DNA of 64,000 nt from Malacoraja senta. Lineage: Eukaryota. Positions 25,456 through 38,392 of this stretch are shown here, in pieces (within the stretch, counting starts at the first letter, position 1; every line of letters starts with the position of its first letter). The position numbers and the translations under genes are program-made. The stretch spans positions 1,364,001-1,428,000 of the forward strand of contig CM075989.1 in NCBI GenBank assembly GCA_038087875.1, written 5' to 3'. The notes under the pieces are model-generated. The model was not told where the DNA came from and searched no databases. It saw nothing but the letters and a program-made list of their open reading frames with translations.

Positions 25456-26372
25456 CTGCCATGGATGGTCATAAATTGGGAAAATGCTACTCATTTAGCA
25501 CTGACTGAGCTAAGTGTGTGTTGGATCAGATGGGGAGCACGCTGTTAGCCCATTCATCTGCCACGCTTTGTCCAGCCTCTCCCCTCTTCTAGCTTTCTTC
25601 TCCCCCCCCCACCCATTACAACCAGTCTGAAGAAGGGTCTCGACTTGAAACGCCACGTATCAATGTCTCTAAGAGATGCTGCCTGACCTGTTGAGTTACT
25701 CCAACACTTTATGTCATAGTCATAGTGTTTTACAGCGTGGAAACAGGCCATTGGACCCAACTTGCCCACACCGGCCAACATGTCCCATCTACACTCAACC
25801 CACCTGCCTGCGTTTAGCCCATATCTCTCTAAACCAGCCCTATACATGTAAGCCTGTCCTTTTGTGTATTAACCAGCAGCTGCAGCCTTGTTTCGACACT
25901 ATTAGGACAGGTAGTCCTGATGTTTATATCAGTGTTATTTAGATTGATTGTGAACAAAGACAGTGTCAGCCAGTTCCAATTTCCCTTCACATTCAGCTAG
26001 TGCAGCTTGTTTCTATCTCTACACCTCAATGGAACAATTAGAGATGTTACCCTGAACCAGACTTATGTTCTATTGATAGTACATGCCTGCACATTATTAT
26101 TACTTTATAGATTTATACATTTTAATTAATTTATTTGCATGTGTAAAAAGCATGGATGCACAAACTTATTATTCCACCTATCATTCAGAGACAGGAATTT
26201 GTATTCGTAATGAATATTTCCTGTTATGTGCAGGTAATTCTCAATGACAGCGGAATAAATATGAAGCCTCGAGAGTGTGAGGATTAATGGAATCGGGTGG
26301 AGGTTCCACAGGGTCCACTGCCTTATGTAACACTGCGCTGAGTTGTTGTGAATGATCAAGATAGTGTTTGTC

Positions 26373-26795
26373 GGCACTGGGCCTGTACTCGCTGGAGTTT
26401 AGATAAATGAGGGGGGACCTCATTGAAACGTACGGAATAGTGAAAGGCTTGGATAGAGTGGATGTGGAGAGGATGTTTCCACTAGTGGGAGAGTCTAGAA
26501 CTAGAGGTCATAGACTTAGAATTAAAGGTACTTTTAGGAAAGAGCAGAGGAGGAATTTCTTTAGTCAGAGGATGGTGAATCTGTGGAATTCTTTGCCACA
26601 GAAGGTTGTGGTTGTGGTAAGTTAGTGGATATATTTAAGGCAGAGATAGATAGATTCTTGATTAGTGCGGGTGTCAGAGGTTATGGGGAGAAAGCAGGAG
26701 AATGGGGTTAGGAGGGAGAGATAGATCAGGCGTGATTGAATGGTGGAGTAGACTTGATGGGCCGAATGGCCTAATTCTACTCCTATCACTTATGA
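26373..26795 (+). mobile_element. CR1 3' fragment
   Basis: MRGDLIETY...FFSQRMVNLWNSLP. Confidence 0.9.
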
Positions 26796-26842
26796 TCGTA
26801 TGATGAGCACAGCCCCATGGAGGACTTCCCAGGGAACAGTTA

Positions 26843-27162
26843 AAGCCCTGTCCCACGGTACGAGTTCGTTCCAAGAGCTCTCCCGAGTTTAAAAAAAATC
26901 AAACTCGTGGTAAGCACGGAGAATGAACGTAGCGGGAACGTTGGAGCTCGGGGACATCTTTTAACGCTAATGGCAGGTACTCGGGAAGACTCGCTAACGG
27001 CAGGTAAGCACGGGAAGACTCGTGAAGATTTTTCAACATGATGAAAAATGTCCACGAGAGCCCCGAGTACCGACGAGTGGCCATTACCGTAAATCTCCAA
27101 GTTCGAATCAGGGCAAACTCGGGAGAACTCTTAGAATGAATTCGTACCGTGGGACAGGGCTT
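26843..27162. mobile_element. PIF/Harbinger-type MITE
   Basis: Long TIRs starting AAGCCCTGTCCCACGGTACGA; TTA TSD at 26840-26842 and 27163-27165; CpG-rich. Confidence 0.9.
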
Positions 27163-27274
27163 TTAGCACTGTTACCACCACTTCCGTAACACCAACTATA
27201 TCATCTCAGGTGTTTGAGACATTGCAGACAACCACCCAGAGTGTACAGAGTTGCGATTGATGAATAAGAACATG

Positions 27275-27795
27275 GTATAGTAATGCACAGGTTCAGGGCT
27301 TCAACCCACAATGTTTGTACCAAACATGATGCTAAGTTAAACTGATCACATCTGCCTGTACATGATCCATATCCCTATCTTCCCTCCACTTCCATGTGCC
27401 TATCTAAAAGCCTCTTAAAACACCACGATCATATCTGCCTCCACCACCACCCCTGGCAATGTGTTCCAGGCCCCAAATACTCTTTGTGTAAAACACCCCC
27501 ACACATCTCCCTTAAACTTTCCCCCTCTCACCTTGAAGCTATGCTCTCTAGTGTTGGATATTTCCAATCTGGGAGAAAGGTTCTGCTGTCTACCCGATCT
27601 GTGCCTCTCATAATTTTATATACTTCTATCAAGTCAGCCCTCAACCTCCGATGTTCCAGAGAAAACAATCCAAGTTTATCCAACCTCTTCCTGTAGCTGA
27701 AACCCACTATCCAGGCAGCATTCTGGTAAACCTCCTCTGCACCCTCTGCATGCAATACTCTAAATGCAGCCTAACCAAAGTCCTGTAGCGCTGCA
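27275..27795 (-). mobile_element. Old CR1 3' fragment
   Basis: LVRLHLEYC; LGLFSLEHRRLRADLIEVYKIM. Confidence 0.85.
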
Positions 27796-27799
27796 ACTC

Positions 27800-28260
27800 C
27801 CCTCCCCATTCCCACACTGACCTTTCTGCCCAGGGCCTCCTCCATTGCCAGAGTGAGGCCACATGCAAAGTGGAGGAACAGCACCTCATATTTCGCTTGA
27901 GTATTTCAACCCAGGGATACCAACATTGAATTTAATAAAACTTTATCTTACACTCCCCTCCCCTACCCCCTTTCTTCCTTGCCCCCATTACTCCACCCTA
28001 GTTATTTTACCAGTTCCATAGTTCTCAACATTGTATCTCTTGAGATCACACCTTCGCTAGCCAACAATGGACCTACCAGGTACTGCTCTGCCTGAGGTAA
28101 CTCAGCGGGTGAGGCAGCATCTATGGAGCGAAGGAATAGGTGACGTTTCGGGTCAAGACCCTTCTTCAGTTCTTTCTTAAATGGTCTGCCTGAGGTGATA
28201 TGTAGCTGACCCTGATTGGTCCTGGTCTTTTCTTGCCTCCAGTTCTTCACCTCCACACCA
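27800..28260 (+). mobile_element. Penelope 3' fragment with nested antisense end fragment
   Basis: HSHTDLSAQGLLHCQSEATCKVEEQHLIFRL at about 27827-27900; antisense end repeat at 28098-28170. Confidence 0.7.
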
Positions 28261-31200
28261 CCACCCCCCCCCCACAACCCCACCACCCCACGTCCTCCCC
28301 CCCCCCCCCCCCCCCGGCCAGGAAGCGAGCGGGTAAGATCATCTCTGACCCTGGCCACAAACTCTTTGAATCACTTCCTTCTGGAAGGCGACTCCAGACT
28401 GTCAAAGCTGCCACAGCCAGACATAAAAACAGCTTTTTTCCACGAGTATTAGCTCTACTCAACAACCAAAAATCTGTAGCTTCCTTTTGCTCTGGTATTT
28501 TAGTTAATTCACATGTTTAATGGTAAGATTAAATGAGAACTTACCAGTTTGAAGTATGATCTTTATTTTATGAGGAGTTACGATGAGGGATTACGTGAAG
28601 AGCCTGCCAGCCCGCATGCGCGTCAATCTTTAAAGCAGCGGTGTGAAATCACAGATAACAGTTGTTGAACTGAATATAGGAAGATTCGAGAAACTAGAAC
28701 TACCAGCTGACCTTTATGAGAGAGGGTTGGGAGCGGAGGGCACGTAATCACTCATCGTAACTCCTCATAAAATAAAGATCAAACTTCAAACTGGTAAGTT
28801 CTCGTTTAATCTTACTATTTTACTTCGGAGTCACGTGAGTGACTACGTGAAGATTTCAAAGCTCTGTGATTTCATGCCGTGAATCGAGTCCATGCGTCAC
28901 ACACTGCATCAGTTGACCAAGGATGAGTGAACATTAATAATGCATTCAGACATGACATAGATTTAGACATGTTGATGCTTTTTGATGAATAAATAACAAT
29001 AATAGTGACCCCTCTCATCCGGGAGGAAACTATAAAACAGAACCTAAGATAGAGTTGGCAAATAACCCCGGTCTGGCAATGGGTTTATTATAAAATGTTT
29101 GGAAAGATCGTTCTTTTGACCATCCTGCAGCCGCTAGGATGTGGTCCAGCAGCTCGTCCATAACCCTGCTGCTGATGTTGTTGCAGCCCTGGTGGAGTGA
29201 GATTTGAAAATGTCAGTGTTCACTCCTGCACAAGCCAGAACCCGATTTAACCACCTGGACATGGTCTGTACTGATACCTTCTTATGAGGTTTTATGTAAC
29301 TAACAAACATTGCTAGTTAAGAGCCCCTAAGGCTCTTAGTGACCTTATCATACTGTAGTAGATGTGTGACCACACACAACCGAAGGTCCATGGGATATGC
29401 CAAAAAATCTAGTTTGAGACCTGATGCCCCTGGTCTACTCTGCTTGACTAAGTCATAAACATAAAATGTTATTTTGCCTGCAGATGTAACCATCCTGTCC
29501 AGTCGCACCTTATGAAATGACTGGACCCGTTGCACTGAAACCAGCGCCATGAGCATAACCACTTTGTAAGTGAGTTTGACCAAGGACAGGGATGTAGCTG
29601 GAGCCCACCGGTGAAGCAGCGTCAGCACATTGTTAACATCCCATATCTCTGCGTACCTGGGCCTGGGAGGTTTTGAGTTGAAGATACCCTTCATAAATCT
29701 GGATATCAGAGGGTGAGACCCGACAGAGTGGGTCCTGCTCCCTGCAGCAAATATGATGAGAAGGCACGTTTGGCACAGTTAATGGCACTATAACTTAATT
29801 TTTGTCCAAGACCCATTCGAAAATGAACTTCAAGACGTCAGTTATCCGTGCCGTATTATATGTAATATTAGCATTTAAACAAAATACTTCCCATCTGATG
29901 AGGAAATGTACTGCTTATCTGGTGTTATCCCTGCAATCTGCAGTGAGCATTTCCATGGTTCGGTCTGACAGCCCGAGCCGCAGGAACGGTCTTTTCAGAG
30001 TCTGCAAGTCAATGAATTGATTTGAATCATGCATTGGATGGTTGCCCGAGTCATGGGCTGAACCAGCAATTTTAGTGTTTAGAAATAACCATATAAGGTT
30101 CTATTATTATTCCCAACATCAGCGGGAACCATGGCTGCATAGGCCAGTCAGGCACAACGAAAAATGCCTGAAGCAGGATCTTGCTGAATTTTTTGCATGA
30201 CCTGACTGATGAGGCAAAATGGAGGAAAGACATAAAAACATTCCTCCCCAGTGTAGCGAGAATGCATCCATCGCCACTGCCATGCCACATATTTTTTGCA
30301 ACTGGTGATTGAGCCTGGATGCAAACATCTCGATCTTTGGTGTTCCATCAAGCCACAATGACATTAAATACTTTGTGACCGCACATCCATTCTGTGTTGT
30401 CATTGATTTTACTTGATGATACACCAGCGGCAAATGAGGTTAGGTAAACTATCACAGGATACTTTGACTTGATTTCACCCATGTGATTAACATATGCCAC
30501 CACCATAGTGTATCAACTTGGACTTGAGCATGCAGATTATGCATATTCGCACAATAAACCTTAACCCATAGAATGCACCTAGTGTCTATAGATAGTTGAT
30601 ACCATATAACTGAAGAATTGGTAACTCATGCAAATCCCATCCGCCTCCGTAACTAGAGATGGTATTAGTAATTTTCCATCTTTGAGCACTAGTATCAGTT
30701 TGTAATATAACTGAAGATTTACTGACCAAATGTTAGTGGAGCAATGCTAAATACTGTTCGTCCACCATTGTGACTTTGATAGCTTTAGCTGGTAATAGCA
30801 TATGTCTGTTAACAATGACCTAAATGGTACTTGAGAGATTACTCCTTTGCACGTTGTAAGTTCTGATAATGCAAAGGCCCAAATAGCACAGCTGAAACAG
30901 CCACTATATTGCCAATTACACTTGATGAATAGAAGGTTGCTTGATAACAACAAGGTTGTTACAGGCTTCTATTAATTCCAATCTCTTGCCTCAGGGCAGA
31001 GTCACAGACAAATTAATAGAGTTAAAGGTAAATCCCAATAATCTATAATTTTAGTTGGTATCAACTTAAATTTAACAGGATGGATGAGGTCCCAATTTCT
31101 AAAAAATATAGTTTTGCGGCTGAAACAGCTAATGTAGCAAAATACAGCATTTAGAATATCATCCAGTTAGGCCATAACAAGTGTTTTTGAGCTCTGAGCA

Positions 31201-31496
31201 GCCGAAGCACCGGTTTTAGTAATTTGGAAAAAACCTGGGAGTTGAAGTTAGCTCATTTTGCAACGCTTTAACTGTTATCATTGCACCAGTCAGCTAATTT
31301 TCAAATATCTCCGGTGATCCCTGTGAATGGAAACTGAATAGTATGTATCTTTGAGATCGATGCATGCCATAAAGATCGTATGGAAATCAGTTAGACAGTA
31401 ACGAAATTTCCTATTCTGAAATGTCTGTACTGCACATGCGAGTTGAATCAAGGATGAACCAACATCCTCCACTTTGACAATGAACAGGCCACGCCT

Positions 31497-31658
31497 GCCA
31501 TAATTCCGAGTCTGCCTTGAAAGGCAACTCCGGCCATAATTCCGAGCCTGCCTCGAAAGACAACTCTGGCCATATTTCCGAGCCTGTCTCGAAAGGCAAT
31601 CCTGGCCATAATACTGAGTCTGCATCGAAAGACAACTCTGGCCACAATTCCAAGCCTG
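31497..31658. repeat. 36-bp tandem repeat, about 4.5 copies, inside DIRS copy 2
   Basis: Unit approximately GCCATAATTCCGAGCCTGCCTCGAAAGGCAACTCTG. Confidence 0.92.
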
Positions 31659-32909
31659 CTTGTAACCCTTGTATACTGTGCAGTATATACTAATCTCATG
31701 TTATCATTTTAGTTTATAAATGGATCTGAATCTCATGTTATCATTGTCATTTGTACAAAAACAAGTGTAAATATTACCAACTTGTAAATGGTCCACATAC
31801 CTCATGTTTCGGAAAGAACCAGACCCACCTACCGGTGGTTACCGGTGGTCTTATGATAAGCCCAAAGGCCCCTGATGCGGATTCTATTTCCGTCCTTGAT
31901 TTGGAGAGTAGGACTGCTGGGGTGCATGGATCCCATATTTTTCCTGAGGACCGGCTTGGGCCTTGGTCTGAAAGACCTCTGCCCAGCTTTCAAGCGGCCA
32001 CCAGCTTCCAAGCTGCCACCAGCTTCAGTGAACCGCTTACTGCCGATGGAGGCATGGGGCGTGTCGTCGCCGAAATGATGAAGCTTTGCTCGTCGTTGGT
32101 ACCTTGATTAGTCCGACAGCTTTTGTTCCTCATGCAGGTCTTACCTGTTTGGACAGGTTTTCCCCAAAGAGAAGATTTCGGCGGCTGGACATTGCTGGCC
32201 TTACATGAGCCTGCAAATTTGGAATTTAAGGCAGGTCTGATGGCGTTCTTCTGAAAGTAGTTCATTTCGAAGTGTGCATTGCACATCAACACCAGGCCAG
32301 TAATCTTTAAAATTTGTTGGAGTTTCATTTCCTGGGTTTTCATGCCTCCTCCAATGTCACCCCAGATAGCGCTGTTCACTGCCGGCACTTTCAGGAACAA
32401 TTTACAGGTGCATGGTATCTTACAGCTGTCACCTGTTCCTGTAATGGTGTGATGTGAGGTAGCTGCTGCTTGCAAAGCTTGTAACGTGAGGGGAACTCTG
32501 GCCCCCTCCGGGTTTTATGCCAATGGCTGGAAGCCAACTCTTCCTGCAGCAGCTCCTTTGTTTGCGAGGATATCGCAACCCTTGAAGCCATGACAGACAT
32601 TTCTGGAACCTCACGCATGTACTCCAGTATGTTCCCCGGACATACTTCCGAGTTTGGAGTCAGTTACACACTGACCCCTCGCACTCCCCTCCACAGAGAG
32701 GGAGATTTGTAAGCAGCCCTGAAACAGGTGCTGCCGCAGGCCCCCGAGGATACCTGCGCTGATATGGCCCCGTTCCTCGGACCATATCAGGATGGAGCAT
32801 CACATTTGTGGGATAAACGCCCGAGGGCGCTATCCATGCTTCATCTGGGTTAAAAGTCCGAGGACGTACCCATATATGTTGGAGGGGTCCCTCCTGGCCT
32901 GACTCATCT

Positions 32910-33037
32910 GAGTCCACAGGCCTAACCGACTTATTCTTGGCCTTACCCCATTTCTGGGGAACCACAGCGGTCCGAGTCCACAGGCCTAACCGACTTACTC
33001 TTGGCCCTACCCCCTTTCTGGGGAACCACAACGGTCT
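32910..33037. repeat. About 64-bp tandem duplication in DIRS copy 2 gag
   Basis: GAGTCCACAGGCCTAACCGACTTA...GGGGAACCACA occurs twice. Confidence 0.9.
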
Positions 33038-33608
33038 GGAAGCCACTGACCGCACTGTCAGCGACTCGGGTGGCGAACCCGCCGGCCGCCGGCTATCCGC
33101 ACTTCCGCATCTCTAGCCAGTTCCCCGCAGTCCGTAGCCGGTTTCCCCGCGGCCCGTCCGGACTTCGCCCCATATATTATATGCAGCAGGAAGCTCTGTA
33201 AAGAGATTCCTGCAAGCAAAAAACAGAACCTGGAAATAAGTTCAAAAACTTACCTGCAGGGTTTGAAACTTACCGCTGGAGGAGCGATGCGCCTGCCAGC
33301 CAGTCGTTGTGCAATGCGTTAGACGATAATGACGCGCATGCTGGCTGGCGGGCTCTTCACGTAGTCACTCACGTGACTCCGAAGTAAAATCAATAATGTT
33401 TTATTATTAATGTTTAATGTTTTATGTGTCATTCCTAACCATCACTGTATGTCGTTCTCACTTGCGGGCGGAGCATCAAGGCACATTCCTTGTATGTGAA
33501 TACTTGGCCAATAAACTTATTCATTCATTCATTCATTCATTCATTCATTCATTCTGAAGAAGGGTCACCCATCCTTTTCCGTCAGATATGTTGCCTTACC
33601 TGTTGAGT

Positions 33609-33880
33609 TAGAAACATAGAAACATAGAAAATAGGTGCAGGAGGAGGCCATTCGGCCCTTCGAGCCAGCACCGTCATGCATTGTGATCATGGCTGATCGT
33701 CCCCAATCAATCACCCATGCCTGCCTTCTCCCCATATCCCTTGATTCCACTAGCCCCTAGAGCTCTATCTAACTCTCTCTTAAATCCATCCAGTGATTTG
33801 GTCTCCACTGCCCTCTGTGGCAGGGAATTCCACAAATTCACAACTCTTTGGGTGAAAACGTTTTTTCTCACCTCAGTCTT
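33609..33880 (-). mobile_element. CR1 3' end between DIRS copies 2 and 3
   Basis: Same family as 20958-21255; tail at 33609-33628. Confidence 0.9.
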
Positions 33881-33958
33881 TAGGCCAGCACTTTGTGTCT
33901 ATCTTTGGTATAAACCAGCATCTGCAGTTCTTTGTTTCTACACTGCCTTTTAAAGGTT

Positions 33959-36290
33959 GTTTTACTTCGGAGTCACGTGAGTGACTACGTGAAGAACCCC
34001 GCCAGTGCACCTGCGCATCATTATGTCAGACGCCTTGACGCAAACGGGCGTGATGGATTTGTAGTTTTTTTAACTACAGGGTAAGTAAAAACTTTTTCAG
34101 TATTTTCAGGTCCGTTTACTGTGGGTCTGTGGGGATTTTTTCCACAGACGCCATGGAAAAAACGGCCAGGGGGAAGAGGCGAGCGAGTCAGCCGACAGAA
34201 AGTCGGGAGTCTGCGGTTAGAGACCAACCGCCTCTAAACCCCGGTACAGTCGCCAGCGGTGAGCATAGCGACTGTGGACCTGGGGCAGTCAGCGCCTGTC
34301 GGGCGCAAGGCCAAGTTCAAATCTACACGGCCCACGGAGGAGGAGTCCCAGGAAATGGAAATGGAAGAAGCTCTAGGGCTAGATACTGCTTTTAAGCGTA
34401 TTGCCCAAATGGAAAGCCTGCTACATAGGCTGTTGGAGCGAAGCACACTCAGGTAAGAGTGTACTGAAATCCAAGCTGCTGAAAGCAGCTCAACGGCTCC
34501 TGGTACAGGGCTGATAGAATGCACCCTCAGGGATGAGGAGCGTGCCACGGGTCATGAGATTTCAGACCCCGACTCTGACGGTGAGGCTGTACAAGGCGAA
34601 GAACGGCTGCTGCCAGATGTTCCATCCTTGGCAGTACGATTCGCTGCCCCGTCAGGGTCAGCAGAGCTATTAGGAGAAGAATTGGCCTCCCTAATAAATT
34701 ACTTGGTTTCCCATCAGCTGGAACAGCAGGAGATGGATGAGAATGCAAGAAAATATGAGTTGAGTATGAGAAATCAAGAATTGAAATTGCAGAGAATATT
34801 AAAGCTGCTGGGTTCTGGAATAACTGCTTTTGCCAGAATAGCGGATAAAAGCCAAGAGATGACGAAGTTGCATCAGAAAGCACTGGGGTTGCTATGCAGC
34901 ACCCACTTCAAGATCAATTATCTGAGGAAAGTGCTATATGGCCTACTATGAATCCGAAATTCGCAGCACTCTGCAAACCAAGTAATATACAATTACCCAA
35001 CTTACTCTTTGGAGAGGATCTCGGGAGACGTATTAAAGAGTTGGAAGATGAAGCGAAAACAGGATTGATGAAAACATCAATGGTTGTAAAGTCTGTAAAG
35101 AGGAAGTATCGTTTCAGACGTCATACGGATCCTGGACCAGGACCAAGTCGCTCATTAATGCAGGGACGTAGCTGGCGGCCTGCAGCGGGAGCAAGAACCA
35201 GTGGGGGTGCTTCCGGGAGAATCCAGGGATCTCAGAGTACTCAAATGACTCAAGAGGTAGGTGGACCTGGTTCTCATGGGAACATACTAATCGTATTAAG
35301 TCCAAAAGTTGGAGGCAGATTACTTCTCTTCTATAACAATTGGAAGAAGATTACTTCAGATGTGGTCATTCTGAATAATATACAAGGATTTAGAATTGAT
35401 TTCAATCCAAATTATGATTTGCCTGTCCGGCATGTTCCCAGCAGAACTCTCCACTTTGCACAAAAAGAAGTGATGGAGGTTCAAGCTGCGCTTCAAACCC
35501 TATATATATAAGGTGTTATTGAAGAATCCGTCTACCAAATTCACCAATTTGTGTCAAATATATGCCCTCGATCAAAAAAGGATGGAGGATGTAGGATTAT
35601 TATAGACTTGACAAGTCTGAATCCTTTTGTTCAAGTTATACGTTTTAAAAATGGAGACATTTGTACTGCCAAACAACTTATCTCAGAAGCATGTTTTATG
35701 GCAACTATAGATTTAAAATATGTATATTATTCAGTGTCTGTTCACTTGGAAGATATGAAGTATCTTAAATTTACATGGATGAACCAGTTAGGGCAGTTCA
35801 ATTCTGATTAATTTCATTATTGAAATGAATTACTGCATTTGTGGTACAAATGTTATTACGAATGCATGATTGATTATTCTCGTTCCGAGTCAATCAGTGA
35901 GAAGCCGGAATTGATCTACGGCATGAAATCACAAAGCTTTAAAATCTTCACGTAGTCACTCATGTGACTCCAAAGTAAAATAGTAAGAATAAACGAGAAC
36001 TTACCTAAGTTTGAAGTTTGATCTTTATTTTATGAGGAGTTACGTAGGTGATTACGTGCCCACCACGACCCTACCCTCTATCATAAAGGTCAGATGGAAG
36101 TTCTTGTATTACTCGTTTTATTATGAGACTATATTACTTCGGTTGTTGCTTTTTGTGATTTCACACCGCTGCTTTGAAGATTGACGCGCAGGCGCACTGG
36201 CGGGGTTCTTCACGTAATCACCTACGTAACTCCTCATAAAATAAAGATCAAACTTCAAACTTAGGTAAGTTCTCGTTTAATCTTACTATT
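33959..36290 (+). mobile_element. DIRS1-type retrotransposon copy 3, 2.3-kb internal-deletion derivative with intact termini
   Basis: Starts GTTTTACTTCGGAGTCACGTGAGTGAC. gag from ATG 34153. RT N-terminus (SKKDGGCRIIIDLTSLN, IDLKYVYYSV) ends near 35800. ICR 35945-36058; right ITR/terminus 36183-36290. No RNase H, MT or YR. Confidence 0.93.
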
Positions 36291-36443
36291 ATAGTACACC
36301 TCCTCCAGCAGCTAGTTCCATATACCCACCTCAGGTTCCCATTCATTTTTTCCACTCTCACCATAAACCTTGTGCCCTCCAGTTCTCATTGATACAAGGA
36401 ACTGCAGATGCTGGTTTACAAAAAGACACAAAGTCTTGGAGAT

Positions 36444-36621
36444 AGACAAAAATGCTGGAGAAACTCAGTGGGTGAGGCAGCATCTATGGAGCGAAGGAAA
36501 TAGGCAACGATTCAGGAAACGTTGCCTATTTCCTTCACTCCATAGATGCTGCCTCACCCGCTGAGTTTCTCCAGCATTTTTGTCTACCTTCGATTTTCCA
36601 GCATCTGCAGTTCCTTCTTAA
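36444..36621 (+). mobile_element. Palindromic Penelope mini-element nested in another copy
   Basis: Inverted arms; 16-bp direct repeat ACAAAGTCTTGGAGAT at 36428-36443 and 36622-36637. Confidence 0.8.
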
Positions 36622-37619
36622 ACAAAGTCTTGGAGATGCTCTCTGACCCATTGAGTTACTCCAGCACTTTGTGTCTTTTTTCCCTCTCGCTTTCGATTCC
36701 TCTGCCCTGAGGAAAGGCCATTTGCCCTGTCATCAGCCTATTGACAGTTTATCCCCATGTCATCCAGTTTATTCTTTAGTTTTTAGTTTATTTATACAGC
36801 ATGGAAACAGGCACTTCGGCCCACCAAGTCCGTGCCGACCAGCGATCCCTGCACATTAACACTATCCTCCACACACTAGGGACAATCTCCACTTACTGGA
36901 TACCAAGCCAATTAACCAACAAACCTGCACGTCTTTGGTATTCTATCAATGACATTCCCCTCCCCTTCCTGCGGCATCACCAGTTTATTTTTGCTCTTTC
37001 CCATCTGTCAAAGGGTCATTGACATGAAACGTTGCTTTTCCCACAGATACAGCCTGACATGCTGAGTATTTCCAGCATTTTCTGTCTATATTATACTCAA
37101 GCATTGACCCACCTACTTTCACCTTGGATTGATGTTCAGTCAGTTAATACCATAGGTTCCAATAGGGTCAGCTTCTGCCTCAAATATAAATGAGTCTTAT
37201 TAACAGCAAATCATTCATATTATTGCTTTACTCAGAAGGACATAAAATCTACCAGAGGTGCAGAGATTTCTTGCCTACAGAAGCATTTTCTGAGCATGCA
37301 TGATCCATTTTAATGACAGCATTATTGTTTCACACGAACGTGATTCTTCTTAAATTTGATTTTTTTTAATTGTAAATATGACGCAAGAAAATAGTTGTAT
37401 TTGCTACTTTTGAATCTTAATGTCCATCAGTTTCTAGGCTTACTTAAATCCTTCTGTAATAGCATCACGCACATTTCTAAGGCAATTAAATCTTAGATCT
37501 AAGTTTCATGATGAGTGTGTATAATATATCGCATTCATCATATTCATACATGCGCCATTATATCACACAGGGTGGTGCAAATCTAGAATGAGGAAGTGGT
37601 ACAAATGGGCACAATTATG

Positions 37620-37950
37620 GGCGGTCACGGTGGCGCAGTGAGAGAGTTGCTGCCTTACAGCGCTTGCAGCACCGGAGACCCGGGTCCAATCCCAACTACG
37701 GGTGCTGTCTGTGTGGAGTTTGTACGTTCTCCCCGTGACCTGCCTGGGTTTTCTCCGAGATCTTCGGTTTCCTCCCACACTCCAAAGACGTACAGGTTTG
37801 TAGATAAATTGGCTTGGTATAAGTGTAAATAGTCCCTAGTGTGTACAGGATAGTTTTAATGTGTGGGGATCACTGGTCAGTGCGGACGCGGTGGGCCGAA
37901 GGGCCTGTTTCTGTGCTGTACCTCTAAATTAAACTAAAAAAAACTAACTA
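37620..37950 (+). mobile_element. HE1-like SINE
   Basis: Full head, core and tail. A partial antisense copy lies at 36780-36940. Confidence 0.88.
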
Positions 37951-38392
37951 AGACATTTAAGACATTTGAACAGGTACATGGATAGGAAAGGTTTGGAGTG
38001 ATATGGGCCAAACCCAGCAAGTGGGGTTAGTTTGGTTTGGCACCTTGGTCAGGATGGACAAGTTGGGCTGAATGGCCTTGTTTCCGTGTTGTATAGCTCT
38101 ATGACTTTATAAAAGTAACAGACTCTGCATAATCCCTGAGGGTAGAGAGTAGATAGCTGCTTTTATGTGCTTAAATCGAGCTTTATTGTTTCATTCAAAG
38201 GTTGGTTACACTATGAAGCAAGCATCAGTGCTTTGATTAGAACGTTTTTGCAGTTCTAAGCCACATTATTGATTTCATGTCAAACTATTGTCTGGTAACT
38301 ACAATGACTGAGGTATTTGCTGCTGTGTAGCTTTGCCTTCCAGATCTACATGGTAATTGCCAGATGCAGGCACACACTGAATATTGTTACCA

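Larger units (their letters stand above)
28519..33390 (-). mobile_element. DIRS1-type retrotransposon copy 2, both termini present, coding region decayed
   Basis: Left ITR 33331-33390, right terminus/ITR 28519-28625, ICR 28741-28853 complementary to both ends. YR (HSTR intact, about 29030-29960), MT (FYVFPPF), RNase H, RT and gag remnants. Inserted in the 3'UTR of a Rex/Babar LINE. Confidence 0.95.
28320..33553 (+). mobile_element. Rex/Babar LINE 3' end split by DIRS copy 2 (28320-28521 plus 33391-33553)
   Basis: RKRAGKIISDPGHKLFESLPSGRRLQTVKAATARHKNSFFP; the 3'UTR resumes after the DIRS and ends in AATAAA plus (ATTC)n. Confidence 0.82.

Noticed and set aside
31497..31658. CRISPR-like 36-bp hairpin repeats
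   Set aside because: Units are contiguous with no unique spacers, there are no cas genes, and the context is vertebrate.
37620..37700. tRNA genes
   Set aside because: The A/B-box heads belong to SINEs and run straight into the SINE core; no cloverleaf.
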